A DNA stretch of 64,000 nt from the NCBI RefSeq assembly GCF_001194135.2, contig NC_068986.1:26463290-26527289 (forward strand). The letters run 5' to 3'. Shown here piece by piece: positions 26,621 to 39,860 of the stretch. This DNA comes from Octopus bimaculoides. Its lineage: Eukaryota. The notes below the pieces were generated by a model that was not told the DNA's origin, searched no databases, and saw only the letters and a program-made list of their open reading frames with translations. Positions within the stretch are counted from its first letter, which is position 1; each line of letters starts with the position of its first letter. The translations under genes and the position numbers were made by a program.

Positions 26621-27769
26621 ATGATGGCTGCAACTTGCTTTAAAGCAAGACCATCACTTGATTGTTCTCTTAAATATGAGCAGCTTTTCAGTCTTATTAG
26701 GAACCTTTAACTCTTGCAAAGATGTGGCAATGATGGGTGCCTCTTAAAGTAGGTGTTCAGAGAGAGAGAGTTTACCACTCATACTGACATATGCCTTTAT
26801 TCCATTATCTAATTCTTCAGTGAATGTTTTGCCTGTCTACTGCCTGCCATAGCTTGCAGCACATAATAGAGATGTTAAAACAATCAAGTGAGACGCTGAG
26901 TTTGATGTTTACTGGGATTGAACATGAAACAATGTGGTTGCAGAGCAAACTTCTTAATCACACAGCCATATCTGTCTGCTGGATTTTCTTTTTCTTTCAT
27001 ATTTGTTTTTCTACTAGATTTTCTTTTTTTGTTTTCCTATTTGTTTTTTTTTTTTCCAAGCAGTAATAATTTATTGGCCTTTAGGGGGAAAAGAGAAACC
27101 TCAACAAAATGTTAGACACTATTAGAACAGTGTTTCTCAACCATTTTTTTGTTTTATCTATGGACCCCTTTCATTTCTATTTTACTCCAGTGTAGGGAGT
27201 AGTCATTTGATGTTTACAAAATCCTATTATATTTTTATGATTAAATATTATTAGGAATTGTATAAAATGTTCTTTTAGTATTTTGGATATTGTAGATGTA
27301 TAACCAGTTCATTCTTTTATCTCTTACTTGTTTCAGTCATTAGACTGTGACCATGCTGGGGCACCACCTTGAACTTTCTTTTAAGCCTGGTACTTATCCT
27401 ATCAGTTACTTTTTGTTGAATCACTAAGTTACAGGGACATAAACCCACTAACATCGGTTGTCAAACTGGTGGAAGGCAGACCCCGGTTGAGAACCACTGT
27501 AGTAGGAGAAAGGGCTTATTTTCATTTAGCCTGTGTCATAAATTTAATGTCTGTTTTTGATCAAGTAAATCTCTGATCAAAGGTGTTCCAGCAATGACCA
27601 TCCCACCTTATTTCCAGACATTATATTTAAAAATACATTATCCCATGTGCCATACTTTTTCTAAAGATGGTAAGGTGTGAGATAAGGGAAATTTGGCTAC
27701 TATTTCTAACAGGCCAAGTGACCACGTAGAAACTGTTTTATTGGCCCATTTCATCAGCCAGCAACCAGG

Positions 27770-27990
27770 AGTCAGCTTTCCATGACACTCTTGTGTTGTA
27801 TGCAGACAATCACCCAGGCTCTTGCCTCCAGTCCATTCCTTGATGTTGTCAGCACACAAACATCTTTGATGACCTCTTGCTCTCTTCCTCTCCATAATAT
27901 GGTCTTGGGTAGTGACTTATGGCACATTGTATGTTCAAAATATGATGACTACTGTGGACTTGATTTTTGACAATAGTTGTCTTTCGCCTC
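27770..27990 (-). mobile_element. RTE-like LINE 3'-end fragment
   Basis: IMERKRARGHQRCLCADNIKEWTG resembles the RTE C-terminal EGKRxRGRxRxRWxDNIKEWTG. Confidence 0.6.
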
Positions 27991-29289
27991 TCAGGTTTTC
28001 CAGTTCTGCAGCGTTTATTACTTTTTCTTCTCTATCACTATGTACATTGTCCAAGTTTCTGCCTCATAGAGGACAACTAGCATAATATAAGTTTACTTGC
28101 TTCAATTTTGGTGCAGTGTTATGTCTTCTGATGTGAAGATTGTTTTCATTCTTATAAATGTTGTTTTAGCCTTATTTAAAAGGCAAAGACAACGGTTATT
28201 AAACAGAACAAAAGGAAGAAAATATAAAACTAGATGGAAAGAAGCTTGAACAAATAATAAATCAGGGAGATCACTATGTAGAAGATACTCAAAGAATAAA
28301 TAAGGTTAAAATTTATTGTCCCTTTTAATATTGCATTTATATCTGCTGGCAAAATGGCAAAGTTGTTAGAGCATTAGATGGAATGGTTAGTCCACATTAC
28401 TCTATAAGGAGCATAGGGCCAATTTCTTTAGTGTATATATTTCTTCCAGGATGGGTTGCTGGTCTGTCACAGGATTACTCATTTTTGCCAGCTGAATGGA
28501 CTGGAGAAACGAGAAATGAAGAATACAATGCACCACCCAGCCCAAGAATTGAAACCACAATTTTACAATGATGAGTCCTACTCCTTAACTGCTAAGCCAT
28601 TTGCCTTCACATTGGATGGAGTATTTTGCAGTATTTGTCACAATACTTGTGCTCTGAGTTCAAATCTTGCTAATGTCAATTTTACCTTTCATTCTTTTGG
28701 AGTTGGGGTAAAAAGTTCTGTGTTCTGTAGCAGGAATATTTAGCAGACATGAGCATCTATGAATAAAAACTGAATCACTGTACCTGATGTAGAAACAAGT
28801 AAATGCTATGAATGCAATTCATCCAATTATTGATGATGTTATCAAGCACTGATTTAGAACAGGGTCTCATTAACAATTCCATTTTTGGTGCCATTTTCTC
28901 TCTGAAAGCAAAAGTTACATATAGATCTGTTTTTCTTCTAACCAGTGGTGTGTGTAAGCGATTAGTGGTGTGTGCCTTGAACTGGTCAGCTACAAGTGTG
29001 GCTGTAGCAGTCAAGACCAATGGCTGATGACGTCAGCAGCACAACCAAAATCACCTAGCTGCTAAAATCACATAATGAAGGCTATTACTTTTTTCTTGAT
29101 ACACAAATATATTACAAACTGCTGAACTGCTTTAACTTGGTCAGGACATTTTTCTGTTATTGGTTCTGATGATAACACATTGTTCTGTTTCACAATAAAA
29201 TAAAATAATTTTGTATTTAAAAATCCAAACTGAATTTGTGTTCTTGCATTTATTGATATCAACTCAACTTAACCAAATTGTTTCACTGG

Positions 29290-30977
29290 TGACAACCCCA
29301 CACTCGTAAAGGACATTATGCAGCTTCACAACATATTAAACAAGTTCAAAAACATCACTGAGATGTCAATACACTTCCCCAGCAAGAATGTTGCACAAGC
29401 ATCAAACACTAACCAGTAAAAGCAGGTCAAAGAGAAGCTCCTTCAGAGCCTTTATGTGAGCTTGGGAGTTGGCAAGAGTTGAATATGTTACCATCAGTAG
29501 GGAAACAGATGTAGTTGTCCTTATGCAAGTCTTCCTTGGTCTCTCACAGCATCGTGCTGAAAATCATGAAGGGAAGTGGGGCTAGGACACAACTCTGTTT
29601 CACACTTGTTCTCAATAGGGAAGGGGTTTCAACAGGTATTTGAGCTGGCCCCACTGGCCCTTGTGTAGAGGATGGAGGACAAAGAGAGACTTGAGCCACT
29701 CCAGGATTCTCCACAGCCTATACTTACTAACCATATCAAATGTCTTGGTCAGATCTTTGAAAGCAGCGTAAAGGGCCATGTTTTGCTCTCTGAATTTCTC
29801 CTGTATATGGTGGAGGACAAAGACCACAATGATGCTTTGGACAGATTTCATCAGTTATGGCAGAGATGAGTCTTTCTAGAAGAACATACACCGGTATCTT
29901 GTCTGCAAGGGAAAACAACATGATGCCTTTGCAGTTGGAGAATTCTGACTTTTCTCCTTTGGACAGAGATACTTTTGTGGTGTTGTGCAGGTCATGCAGG
30001 ATTTCCCTTCTCACCCAGCTCCATTAAAAGTGGTTAGTGAGTTTCTGAAGTCAGTTCCCACCATACTTGCATATTTCTGCTGGAAGACCATCTACACCAG
30101 GAACTTCATGATTTCTCAGCTTAGCAATCACTGCCTTTATCTCACTGATGGAAGGTGTGTTGTCCAGCTCTGTTTTTGCCTCCTGTTGTGATATTCTGGG
30201 AGTGCTTGCACAGAGTGTATGCCTGTCCCCAAACAGATTTGCAAATTGTTTAGTCCAGTGATGCATGATGTCATTATTCTCTTTCAGTAAAATTGATCCA
30301 TCAACAGAGTGCAGAGGGGCTTGAGTTTGATTGGTAGGACCATATACTGTGTAAAATGCATTATAGAAAGATGTCTGCCTGGTCAGCATAACATTGTGCA
30401 TTGTGTTCTCTCAGCAAGTGTTTCCCACCATTTTTTCTGGATATCTTGCAGTTTCCACTGGAGGATGCTGCTGGTAGACATGTAGGAAGACTTGGCTAAC
30501 AAGCTGTTGGGGCTGGCAAGCACTGTTTGGTGACAAGTGCACTTCTAGTAGAGAAGTTACTGGATCTCGTCATCCTTTTCATCAAACCAGTCTTTGTTCT
30601 TTCTCAATGAGAAACCCACAACATCGGTTGTTTCAGCAGAAGGCACAGTTCAAGACAACCTGAAGACATGGATGGTCAAAACACTGGCATCTGCTTGACA
30701 ACATCCTGTTGTGACAGACAGATATGAAGGACATGCTCCATAAGAGTCATGCAACATAAACCATAGGTTGGATTGTGAAAAAGTCAGATTGTCCATCAAG
30801 CATGTCAAGAAGAGAACTCCTCTAACAAAGAAACTAAAGAACAGTAAACTTCCACAACAGCAGGAAGAGCTTCAGTCAAGTTTGAACAGTAAGCATTTGA
30901 ACATTGAAGTAGCTGAAACAGACCCACAGAAGTTCTGGTAAGGCCTGAAGATTAAGATATGGGAAACGGCAGCCAAG
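29290..30977 (-). mobile_element. RTE-clade LINE fragment (endonuclease end, linker and RT) with an inverted 5' segment
   Basis: Minus strand 30625-29290: DVVGFSLRKNKDWFDE, KLRNHEVPGVDGLPAEI, SNCKGIMLFSLADKI, QEKFREQNMALYAAFKDLTKTFDMVS, VKQSCVLAP. Plus strand 30626-30977: LFQQKAQFKTT*RHGWSKHWHLLDNIL...FW*GLKIKIWETAAK. Confidence 0.88.
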
Positions 30978-32344
30978 GTATACATACATGCACACATACA
31001 TACATACACACATACATAAATATATTCATTCATTGTGAATGATGCCTATAGCAGTTTTTATTGTTGAATCACAAAGTCACAAACATAAACAAGCTGCACT
31101 GGATTTTGAGCAGGATCAATGTAAAAAACAAACAGGCATATACACATAAATATATATGCAAACACATAAATATGATGGGCTTCCATACAGTTTCTACTTA
31201 CCAATTTTCACTCACAATGCATTGGTCTGTTGGCTATAATAGAAGGTACTTGCCTAAGATTGAACTCAAAATTATATGGCAGCAAAGCAAACTTCTTAAC
31301 CATACATCTATGCATGCGTTTATAAATGTTGTTGAGAAAACTGAAAAACTGGTGCTTTATGAAGGAAGCTCTTTGAGATATTTGTTTTGCATTGAATTAT
31401 GGACACTCCTCATGTCACCGTTGCCAGCAGAAATGCAATGAATCAGTAATAGGCTGGAATAACTGGAAATCTGTAACCAATTACACTTTTGTCCACTTAT
31501 TGTAGTATAAATATATAAAAAAATGCCTCTGAATAGATTTGATTCATGAGAAATCTGATGATGTTTGCGAGATTTAACATGAGCAATGTTCCTCTAAAGT
31601 TGGCCATTATCATTTTAGATATTTTTATATTAATGTTTTCTCTCTACTGACTTGAAGAAGTTCTTTGGTTAAAGACTTTGTTACAGACATGTAGCAGGTT
31701 CTCCACTAAGTTTTTACAGTATATTGAAAAATTTCTACACTGATTAGGTTTCTTTTCTTAGAAGTTTCCTTCTTTTCATGACGTTAGAAACTTAACTAAT
31801 CCCAAATTTACAACAGAATTTTTCTGAACTGAATCAATGCGGTGGTTAACATATGACTACTATCATTCTTCCCTGGGCTAGTTTCATGAGAGGCAGAGGA
31901 TTTGCTAATCTGATTCACAAGCTGGGAAGAATTATGGAAGATTATCATTAAGGAAAAACTTCTGAGAGTCATATGTGTGTAATAACTTAAGGACTTTGAC
32001 TTTGTAAATTGGCAAGTTATATGGGTTACCTTATGAGACTACAGGGTGCCTGCAAAAGTTATTAATACCATTTATAGTGACTTAGACTATTTGTCTTTAG
32101 CTAAAACCAGAGAGCATGGCATCATGCTTTAATCCTTTAGCATTCAGATTGATCTGTCTTATTTATTCATATTGTTTTGAATTAACCATGTGCTATTTTG
32201 TAGCTTCAAGATTTCAATGATGGGATTGTTTATTTTTAGAATGACATTGTAGTGTAGGTATGATTGATGGGATCTGGCTGATTTCAACATAAAACATGTA
32301 GAATAAATGCTAAAGAATAAACAGATTAAACGCTAAAGAGTTTG

Positions 32345-32570
32345 TGGTCTGTGGCTCACATTCTTGATATGGAGTTCAAGGATGATAAACCGTCTACTTA
32401 GCTTCTAATAAACCTTTAATCTGTTACCTTAGACATAGATCTTGAAGCCAATCATGGAAAAATTAAAGTGATGTGCATCAGTTTCAGGACAGATGGAAAT
32501 TCATTCAGATTATCTTATGATGACAACGTAGAAGATTGTGCAAAGCATCAAGTACCTTAGATCCATGTAT
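32345..32570 (+). mobile_element. LINE RT remnant
   Basis: Decayed LDMEFKDD...LEANHGKIKVM...KHQVP segment resembling the YADD-region-to-KYLG stretch. Confidence 0.35.
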
Positions 32571-33039
32571 AATTTGAAAGTGATCTGCACATGTTACTGT
32601 TTAGGCTAAGGTAACATTACAGTAACTGGATCAACATTCTTTTCTCAAGTTGCAACAGTTCAGTACAATGGTTCTCTCAGAGCTACTGTTTAGCAAACAT
32701 GGTCGATAATAAAGTATATGGGGAAGAAAATTAGGTTCTTTGCTGTAACCTGTTATGGAGTTTCTTTGCGTTGGCAAGTGGAAAAACTGTGTCATAAGGA
32801 CATATGTGTGTGATGTGATAATGGGCATGTTGGGCTTAATATGTGACAATGGCATCATCAGTAATTTACATCGTACTAAACATACCAGCATAATACCATC
32901 AGTACAAAAAATGCATACCAACATAACTAGTACTAGAAGTACAAACATTACATATCAATGTGGTTAGTTTCAACAGTACAACCATGATTCAATTAAATAC
33001 ATGTTGAGAATCTCACTAAAAATGTGCATGCGTGGTACA

Positions 33040-33640
33040 GGATGAAGTGCAGGTTGTTGAAGGATTGCTTAATTTGGCAGAATGATGTGACAAAAGTCTT
33101 TGATAAATTTGAGAAATGGGTTTTTACAGTTCTCTTGTTTATTCTGCATGAAAGTGAAGGAGGCAAATGCAGACTGAGATTCTTGAACATATGGAGGAGT
33201 CTATTTAAAAAAATCTATTTTTTGTGGTATGTGTGTGTGTGTGTGTGTGGAACTATCACATCTCTGAAGAACAAAGACCATTATAGAAGTGGTTGAAAGA
33301 TGGAGAGAGGAGACTGCATGCCTGTGGGTCAGTGGCTGGAGCATGTCCATAAGTGACTGAATACCAGTTAGCAAAGTGGCTTTTCTCTTGATGCATAGCA
33401 ACAACACTGTCCCAGAAAAGGGAGTACTACATCACTGTGGGTTTCACTTCAGTCTTGTAAAGTGTCAGTTGTTGCTGGGGACTCGAATATCTTTTGGCTT
33501 TCATGCAGTCCTAGCTACACTAAGAATGTGTATTTGCCTAATGGAAACAAAGTTCAGCACTAGGAGTGACTGTGAGGTCTCTAGCGGAGTGCTGCTCATG
33601 TTTATTAAGGATGTAGAATAGTGGTGTTCTCTTTCATGAG
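33040..33640 (-). mobile_element. CR1/L2-like LINE RT C-terminal fragment
   Basis: KAKRYSSPQQQLTLYKTEVKPTVM*YS and KRKATLLTGIQSLMDMLQPLTHRHAVSSL resemble the post-RT segment of CR1/L2-group LINEs. Heavily decayed. Confidence 0.6.
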
Positions 33641-35148
33641 TGGTGCTTGAGTTTTTGAATTCTGATAAATCAGATAAATATCTTCCTCTTTTAGAATCTT
33701 ACCTATAAAAATATGAAAACTTTGTAATTGTTATTTACTTTTAATGCTTGGTGTCATACAGAATGGCAAAACGGTAACTCTTTTCTGGCTTCTGTAAATT
33801 ACTGCAACGTTTAAAACATGTTCCAATTTCTAAAGAGGGTTTCAGAAGAATACAAGCATTGAGAAAACACACTCAAATGTAACAGTGTATTTATTATTTC
33901 AGTCAAATATAAAATGGACGGAGGTTTTTTTCAAAGGCTCAATAGAAAAATCTCACAAGGAATATATATAACAAAGTACATAAGACTTTGATATCTATTT
34001 CTTAAGATTTCCATTGTAATCAATCTAACAACCAAGATTAAAAGATTAAGGCATTGCCACAGAGTAGAAGACTAATATAAAGACACAATTAAAGAGACAC
34101 AAAACATACATACACTCATATACAAACAACATTCACACATGCATACATAAAACAAACACTTAAGATATATGATTTAGACAATAGATTAAATATGTCCTTG
34201 TAGAATGCAACTTGGACTGTGTGGCTCTGTCCATCAATACCATATGGAAGCTATGAGTAACTGCAGTCAACAAATATTAGAACCGGAAGTTGAAGAATGT
34301 ATTCAATGTTTTTAATTTTTGTAAATTTTTTTTTTCCAAATTTTTATTAATTTTTTTTTTTTTCAATAGATTTTCAAAACATGAAAACTGAAAACCTACC
34401 ACATGGCTAAATTATCTTCTTAGAAATCTGATGCTTTGTTGTAATGAGCTGAAGGAAGATGTAGTTGACAACAATTGGGTAGAAAGTTCATTGTGTTAGA
34501 ATTTAAAGGTAATAATGGAGAATACACTTTATTGAAGTTCATATCTATGACAGCAAATGGAAAAACAAACTCCGCCCATTGTTAAGATATCAGTCGATCC
34601 TCTACAGCAACTTCAGGAGACCAAAATCATTAATGGTTCATTAAGTCCTAGTTACCAAGTGATTGTTCACATAAGAAAAAGAAAAAAAAATGGGTGGGAG
34701 GGGCTAAATTAAAATAAAATATAGCATCTTAAAATTTTTCAACATTGACCAGTGGTACAATATTTTTATCTCATTTTATATATTTTGTTATTTTTGTGTT
34801 GCTCTGTTTTATCTTTTTTTTCTTTTCTTTCTTTTTTGTTGTAAAATAAAACAAAACAAAACAAAACAAACTACCAAACCAAGCCAAAATGCTGCTTTTT
34901 AGGTTACTGCAGGATGTATGAATCTGAGAGGAGATTGGAAAGGCAAACAAAAAGTAGTAATATATCACCAAGAAATTATTAAGATTAGAAAGATATGTTT
35001 AGAAGGTGTTTAATGTTAGTAGAAGTATCGTAGAATTAGAAACCAAATAACTTTTTGGTGTTTAAATTTTACTGATCTTTTTGTAAACCATTTTCCAAGA
35101 TGATGTTGTTATATGTCACACTCAGTTACCATTCTCTTTTTGTCTGGT

Positions 35149-35958
35149 TTACATTATTGTATCAATATCAAAAGTTGCTGTCATATCGTCAGAATGGGTT
35201 CGAGATTCTGCCCAAGGGTGGGGATTCTCAGGTAAAGGTGAACTTGATTCAGGTGTGTTCAGTCCATCAGCACTGTCACATATAGTAAATATAGTGTTGT
35301 TAAGAAAGTCTCGAGTCTCAGCACTAAGATTGAAGCTGTTGCTACACATGTCATTCCCAGCCCACCAATGTTTGATACCAGTACCTTTTACAGTTAAATC
35401 GAGGGGGTTATTAGTTAGAGAACCATCCAGTGAATGCCCCCGACCATTCATGGAAGAATTTACAGGCTTGTTTAATATATTGCTACAGAAAAAATTGTCC
35501 ATGCTGATATCGTCAGCGTTGGATCCATCAGAATCTGGAGGACTAAGCGCCATCAAAGAACCGTAATCTACTTCATCAATAATTGTTTCTGTTTTCACTT
35601 TCACATCGCCAACCATGATGTCTTGGTCAAACAGGAAGTTCAGGTTAAAGTCATTACTCACTTCATCAGTGGGAGGCAGGTGAATGACATTTGACAGCAT
35701 TTCTGCAGCTTTGTTACCTTCCCAATCAGGTCCTGATTGGGAATTCAAACTGTCCGATTGACAGCTAATGTCTGACCGACTTCGCTTCAAGGGTGTGTAG
35801 TTAAGATCATTGTGCTTTCTTTTCTTCAATATACCATTTTCTATCTGGTCAATATATTCAGGATTCACCTTCCAGAAACCTCCTTTACCAGGTTCATCTT
35901 TTCTCCGAGGAACTTTTTGGAAACATTTATTCAAAGACAAATTGTGACGTATAGAATT
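35149..35958 (-). CDS. FOXJ1: Forkhead box protein J1, last coding exon (second half of the forkhead domain plus C-terminus); upstream exon not found in window
   Basis: Polypyrimidine + CAG acceptor at 35959-35961, then phase-0 [35 protein letters not shown] (FoxJ1-type recognition helix and wing), open to TAA at 35149-35151. C-terminal DLTVKGTGI and HPWAES resemble vertebrate FOXJ1 DLTVHGRHI and HPWDES (from recall), favouring J1 over J2/J3. Confidence 0.92.
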   Translation of the reverse strand, partial: NSIRHNLSLNKCFQKVPRRKDEPGKGGFWKVNPEYIDQIENGILKKRKHNDLNYTPLKRSRSDISCQSDSLNSQSGPDWEGNKAAEMLSNVIHLPPTDEVSNDFNLNFLFDQDIMVGDVKVKTETIIDEVDYGSLMALSPPDSDGSNADDISMDNFFCSNILNKPVNSSMNGRGHSLDGSLTNNPLDLTVKGTGIKHWWAGNDMCSNSFNLSAETRDFLNNTIFTICDSADGLNTPESSSPLPENPHPWAESRTHSDDMTATFDIDTIM

Positions 35959-36804
35959 CTGTAAAGAAAAAAGAAATGAGAGAAAAAAAAGTATTAGAAA
36001 AATTTGATATCTGAAAAATATACAAAACCATTTAACATATAATAATTCAGTTAGCCAGTTGGGCTACAACAGAGAGTAAAGTATTCAAACAAACCACCTG
36101 ACAGTCATTGGGCATAGCACTGATGTCCTCTGGTGGAGGATATAAGTATTAGGTTTATATCACTCAGTTGGTTCCCTTCTTCTCTGCTGGTTCAGCCTGA
36201 GTGAATTTTAGCAGCTGATTTCCTCTTCAGGATCACTGAAGTACCGTTAGTCACCACCACATTAATAGCATAGGAGTGATTCAGAGAAGAGAAGTAAGAC
36301 ATCTTATATTTTGTAGCTGTAGTCTACCAATCCAACAATGTGACTGAATTGGAGACAATGCTTAACAGAGACATTCAAGTAATGAAGAACTTCAATGACT
36401 GGCATCTGAAAATGAACACCACAAAATCTAGCAAATACAGCACAGTAATAAATTACTCCACTCAGAGAAATACCCGTTCAATAAACCCCTTACATTTATA
36501 CAGAATGTAGAAAACAACGTGCAAAAGTTAAAATGAAGAAATTTGCTGATCAGGAACTTAACTGAAGTTAACTAGAGCACACTGACGAATGTCTCAAATT
36601 GCACTAAGGACAGACATCCTCACCAATAATGGAAATGGATTTTTAGGGAGTTGGGGGTTCACCAAGGTCTTTGAGGCTGAGGTTGGGAAAGAGTGGATTA
36701 GCGAACATGGAATATACTTGTTGTCACAGAAAATATTTGGTTATTGTGATAACATGAAAATACCACAAAGTATTTCTTAAATGATACCATATAGAATATC
36801 TTAT

Positions 36805-37125
36805 CTGTTATTCTTTTACTTGCTTCAGTCATTGGACAGTGGCCATGCTGGAGTACCACCTTGAAAGATTTTAGTCAAACAAATCAGACCACACTAAGTT
36901 ACAAGGACATAAACAAACCAACATCGGTTGTCAAACAGTGGTAGGAGACAAACGCAAACACATGCATATCTACACACATACATATATATACATACATGTG
37001 TGTGTGTGTGTGTGTGTGTAACAGGCTTCCACACAATTTCCATTGACTAAATTCACTTGCAAGGCATTGGTCAGCACATGGCTATAGTAGAAGACACTTG
37101 CCCAAGATGCCATGCAAGGTAAAAT
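36805..37125 (-). mobile_element. SINE family A, degenerate
   Basis: CAGTCATT..GGCCATGCTGG, CATCGGTTGTCAA and GGCTATAGTAGAAGACACTTGCCCAAG blocks. Confidence 0.7.
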
Positions 37126-37369
37126 ATCATGACATTTGGAACTGAAATGACAATATAATATCATATGAGATATTTAATCAATAATGTTATCAATACAATA
37201 TTATTGAATAAAATGGTCAAGAAGTGAAATTAAATTCATGTTGTTACAATCAATAAAAGTGGAGTTCTTGTTGATTGTATCATTCACCAACACACTCTGG
37301 CCTCTGTCTCCTCATTCTAATTTTTCTACCACTGCCCCTCAAAATGAATTGACTTTATGCAACCTTCAC

Positions 37370-37531
37370 ATTAAGGAGGCATTGGTTTGTTAAGGTTTGT
37401 TGCTTATAAAACAATGTTTCATGTGAGGTGAGAACCTCTGTGACTATCACCAAAGGCTGGTAGATTAAGCATAATTCAATTGTTAATCTTGAGTACATGA
37501 CTGCGAGCTTAATGAACTGTAGCTAGAATAT
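37370..37531 (+). repeat. 162-bp direct repeat, copy 1
   Basis: 161/162 identical to 40392-40553. Confidence 0.95.
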
Positions 37532-38626
37532 CTCTCCTCCTCCCAACACCCATATTGCAGCCACTTCCACCCCTAAAAACCCACACTAACTGCTAGGTCC
37601 AGTCTGTCCTCTTTGGAAAGTCAATCCTCTCACTTCTCTCTTTGTCCATGTTTTCCCTGCAGCTGTTGACTCACAACTATTCAAGAGAAACATTAATCAC
37701 TAAGGTCGACTTTGGCTTTCATCCTTCTGGGGTTGATAAAATAAGTACCTGTCATGTACAGGGGAGTGGGGGGGGGGTCGATTACATCGAACCCCCCTCC
37801 CCCAAATTTCAGGCCTTGTGTCTTTTGTAGAAGGGATTATTAAGTTGGGGTATATGGAACATAAATTAACAAAAAAAAAAAAAAAAATGTTCATTTTTTT
37901 AGCCCACTTTAAATCAGGAACTAGGGTCAGTCTCAGGTGGGTTGATATGAAAAGGGGGTAAAAGCTACACAAAAAACACACACACAAACACAAAAAGTCA
38001 CATTTTTTATAAATTGCCTTTAGACATAAAAACCACTTTTGTAACCATCGGTCTGTTTGACCAGTGCAGCTGAGCAGTCTGCTTCATTGACAAGGAGTAG
38101 AAAAACAAGAACAGAAATAAAAATATAACCACCACCACCACGAACAACATTTATATGAAATGTAAATGCGTTTTATCTTTAGAATCATTCAGGTACAACT
38201 ACAGTTTATCTTGCCAATTATCTAAGAAGGACTGGTCAAAATATGTTCTGCCTGACTGCTTTGATGGATGGTTGGATAGCTTGATGATTACACTGCTGGC
38301 TGGCTGGATGGATGGATGGTTGAGTGGATGGTAAGGTGATAGGGTGTTTACTGATTGCATGATTATGTAGGCTGATTGTTATTTGATGATTGAATGGGTA
38401 ATCGGTTGGCTGGTTAACTGGTTGGTTGGCTGGCTGGCTGGCTGAGTAGCTGGTTGGCTGAATAACTAAATGAATGGCTGATTGCCCAGCTGATCAAAAC
38501 ATTGGGTGTCTACAATAATTCCATGGATGTGTAGGTAGATGAGAGGATGGATGCAAACTTCAAAGTCCAACATATAATCACCTATATAATACATGTGATG
38601 TACTACAAAGGCTATACTAATATATA

Positions 38627-39860
38627 TTGGGTTATCCCATAAATAATGCGGTTTATTTATACTTCTTTTATTTTTCAAAATTAAGATAAATAAGGTTCTT
38701 TTTTAATCTAAAATATACTCTCCTTCATTTTCTACAATGCTCTTCCATCTACCTGGTAGACTTGCAAGGCCCTTCTTCCAAAATGCACTTGTCCATGATG
38801 AAAAATACTCCTCCAGTACTGTTCTGACTTTGTCAACAGAATTCATATTTTTTCCGTCCAAATGATTTTGAAGACTGTGGAATAAATGATAATCAGATGG
38901 GGCAATATCTGGCGAATATAGTGGGTGGGGTATCATTTCCCATTCAAACTGCTCCAACCTTTGGAATGTCATCCTCATTGTATGTGACTGAGCATTATCC
39001 TGATGAAAGAACACCTTTTGTCTTGAAACCAAAAAATGGTCATTTTCCTTCTAGCGCTGGCTTAAGCTGTTCAAGCTGCTTACAGTAGATCTCCTTTGTT
39101 ATTGTTTGGTTTGTGTTTAAAAGCTCAAAGTGGACTAAACCTTTCATATCCCACCAAACAGATAACAACACCTTACATGGGTGAAGACCTTCTTTAGCCT
39201 GGGGTGCTAGTGTTTCTCCTTTCCCTACTTACTGTTTTTGGTGTTTGACATTTTTATAGAGTACCCATTTCTCATCACCAGTCACTATTCAGTCTCAAAA
39301 GAGGTCCATTTGTGAGATGTGACAGCAAAGAAGAGCACACAGTCATTCTCTGAGTGTGACTAAACTCAGAAAGTTTGTGAGGAACCCATTGACCCAATTT
39401 GCTGACTTTTCCGATGGCATGCAGGTGTCGATGAATGGTTGAATAATGAAATTGAAGCTTCTTTGATAGTTCCTCAACAGTTACAATGGGATTTTGCTCC
39501 ACAAGGGTTTGCAGGATGTCCTCATTGAGCACTACAGATCTTCCAGGACAAGGTTTGTCTTCTAGGCTGTAGATTCCGGCTCGGAATTTCTGGAACCACT
39601 GTTGATACTGGCTTACACTTATTGTCTGATCCCCATATACTGCATTAATATTCCTCATACTTTCTGTTGCGTTGTTGTCTTTATTGAACTCATAATGCTG
39701 AATATGCTCCTATGTCACTTCTATTATAGCTTTGAAAAAAATAACTGTTAAAATCGAACTGCACTCTTCAAAACTTGCACTAAGAATAAATACAAGATAA
39801 AATTACTACCTGCTTTTATAGCAAGTTGATGCATATGGTATTATTTATGGAATGACCCAA
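38627..39860 (-). mobile_element. mariner (D,D34D) transposon, full length, transposase degenerate
   Basis: TA flanks; TIRs TTGGGTTATCCCATAAAATAA / rc TTGGGTCATTCCATAAATAA. Motifs WVPHKL, VTGDEKW, QDNA-(34 aa)-YSPDIAPSDYHLF. Several stops and a frameshift. Confidence 0.93.
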
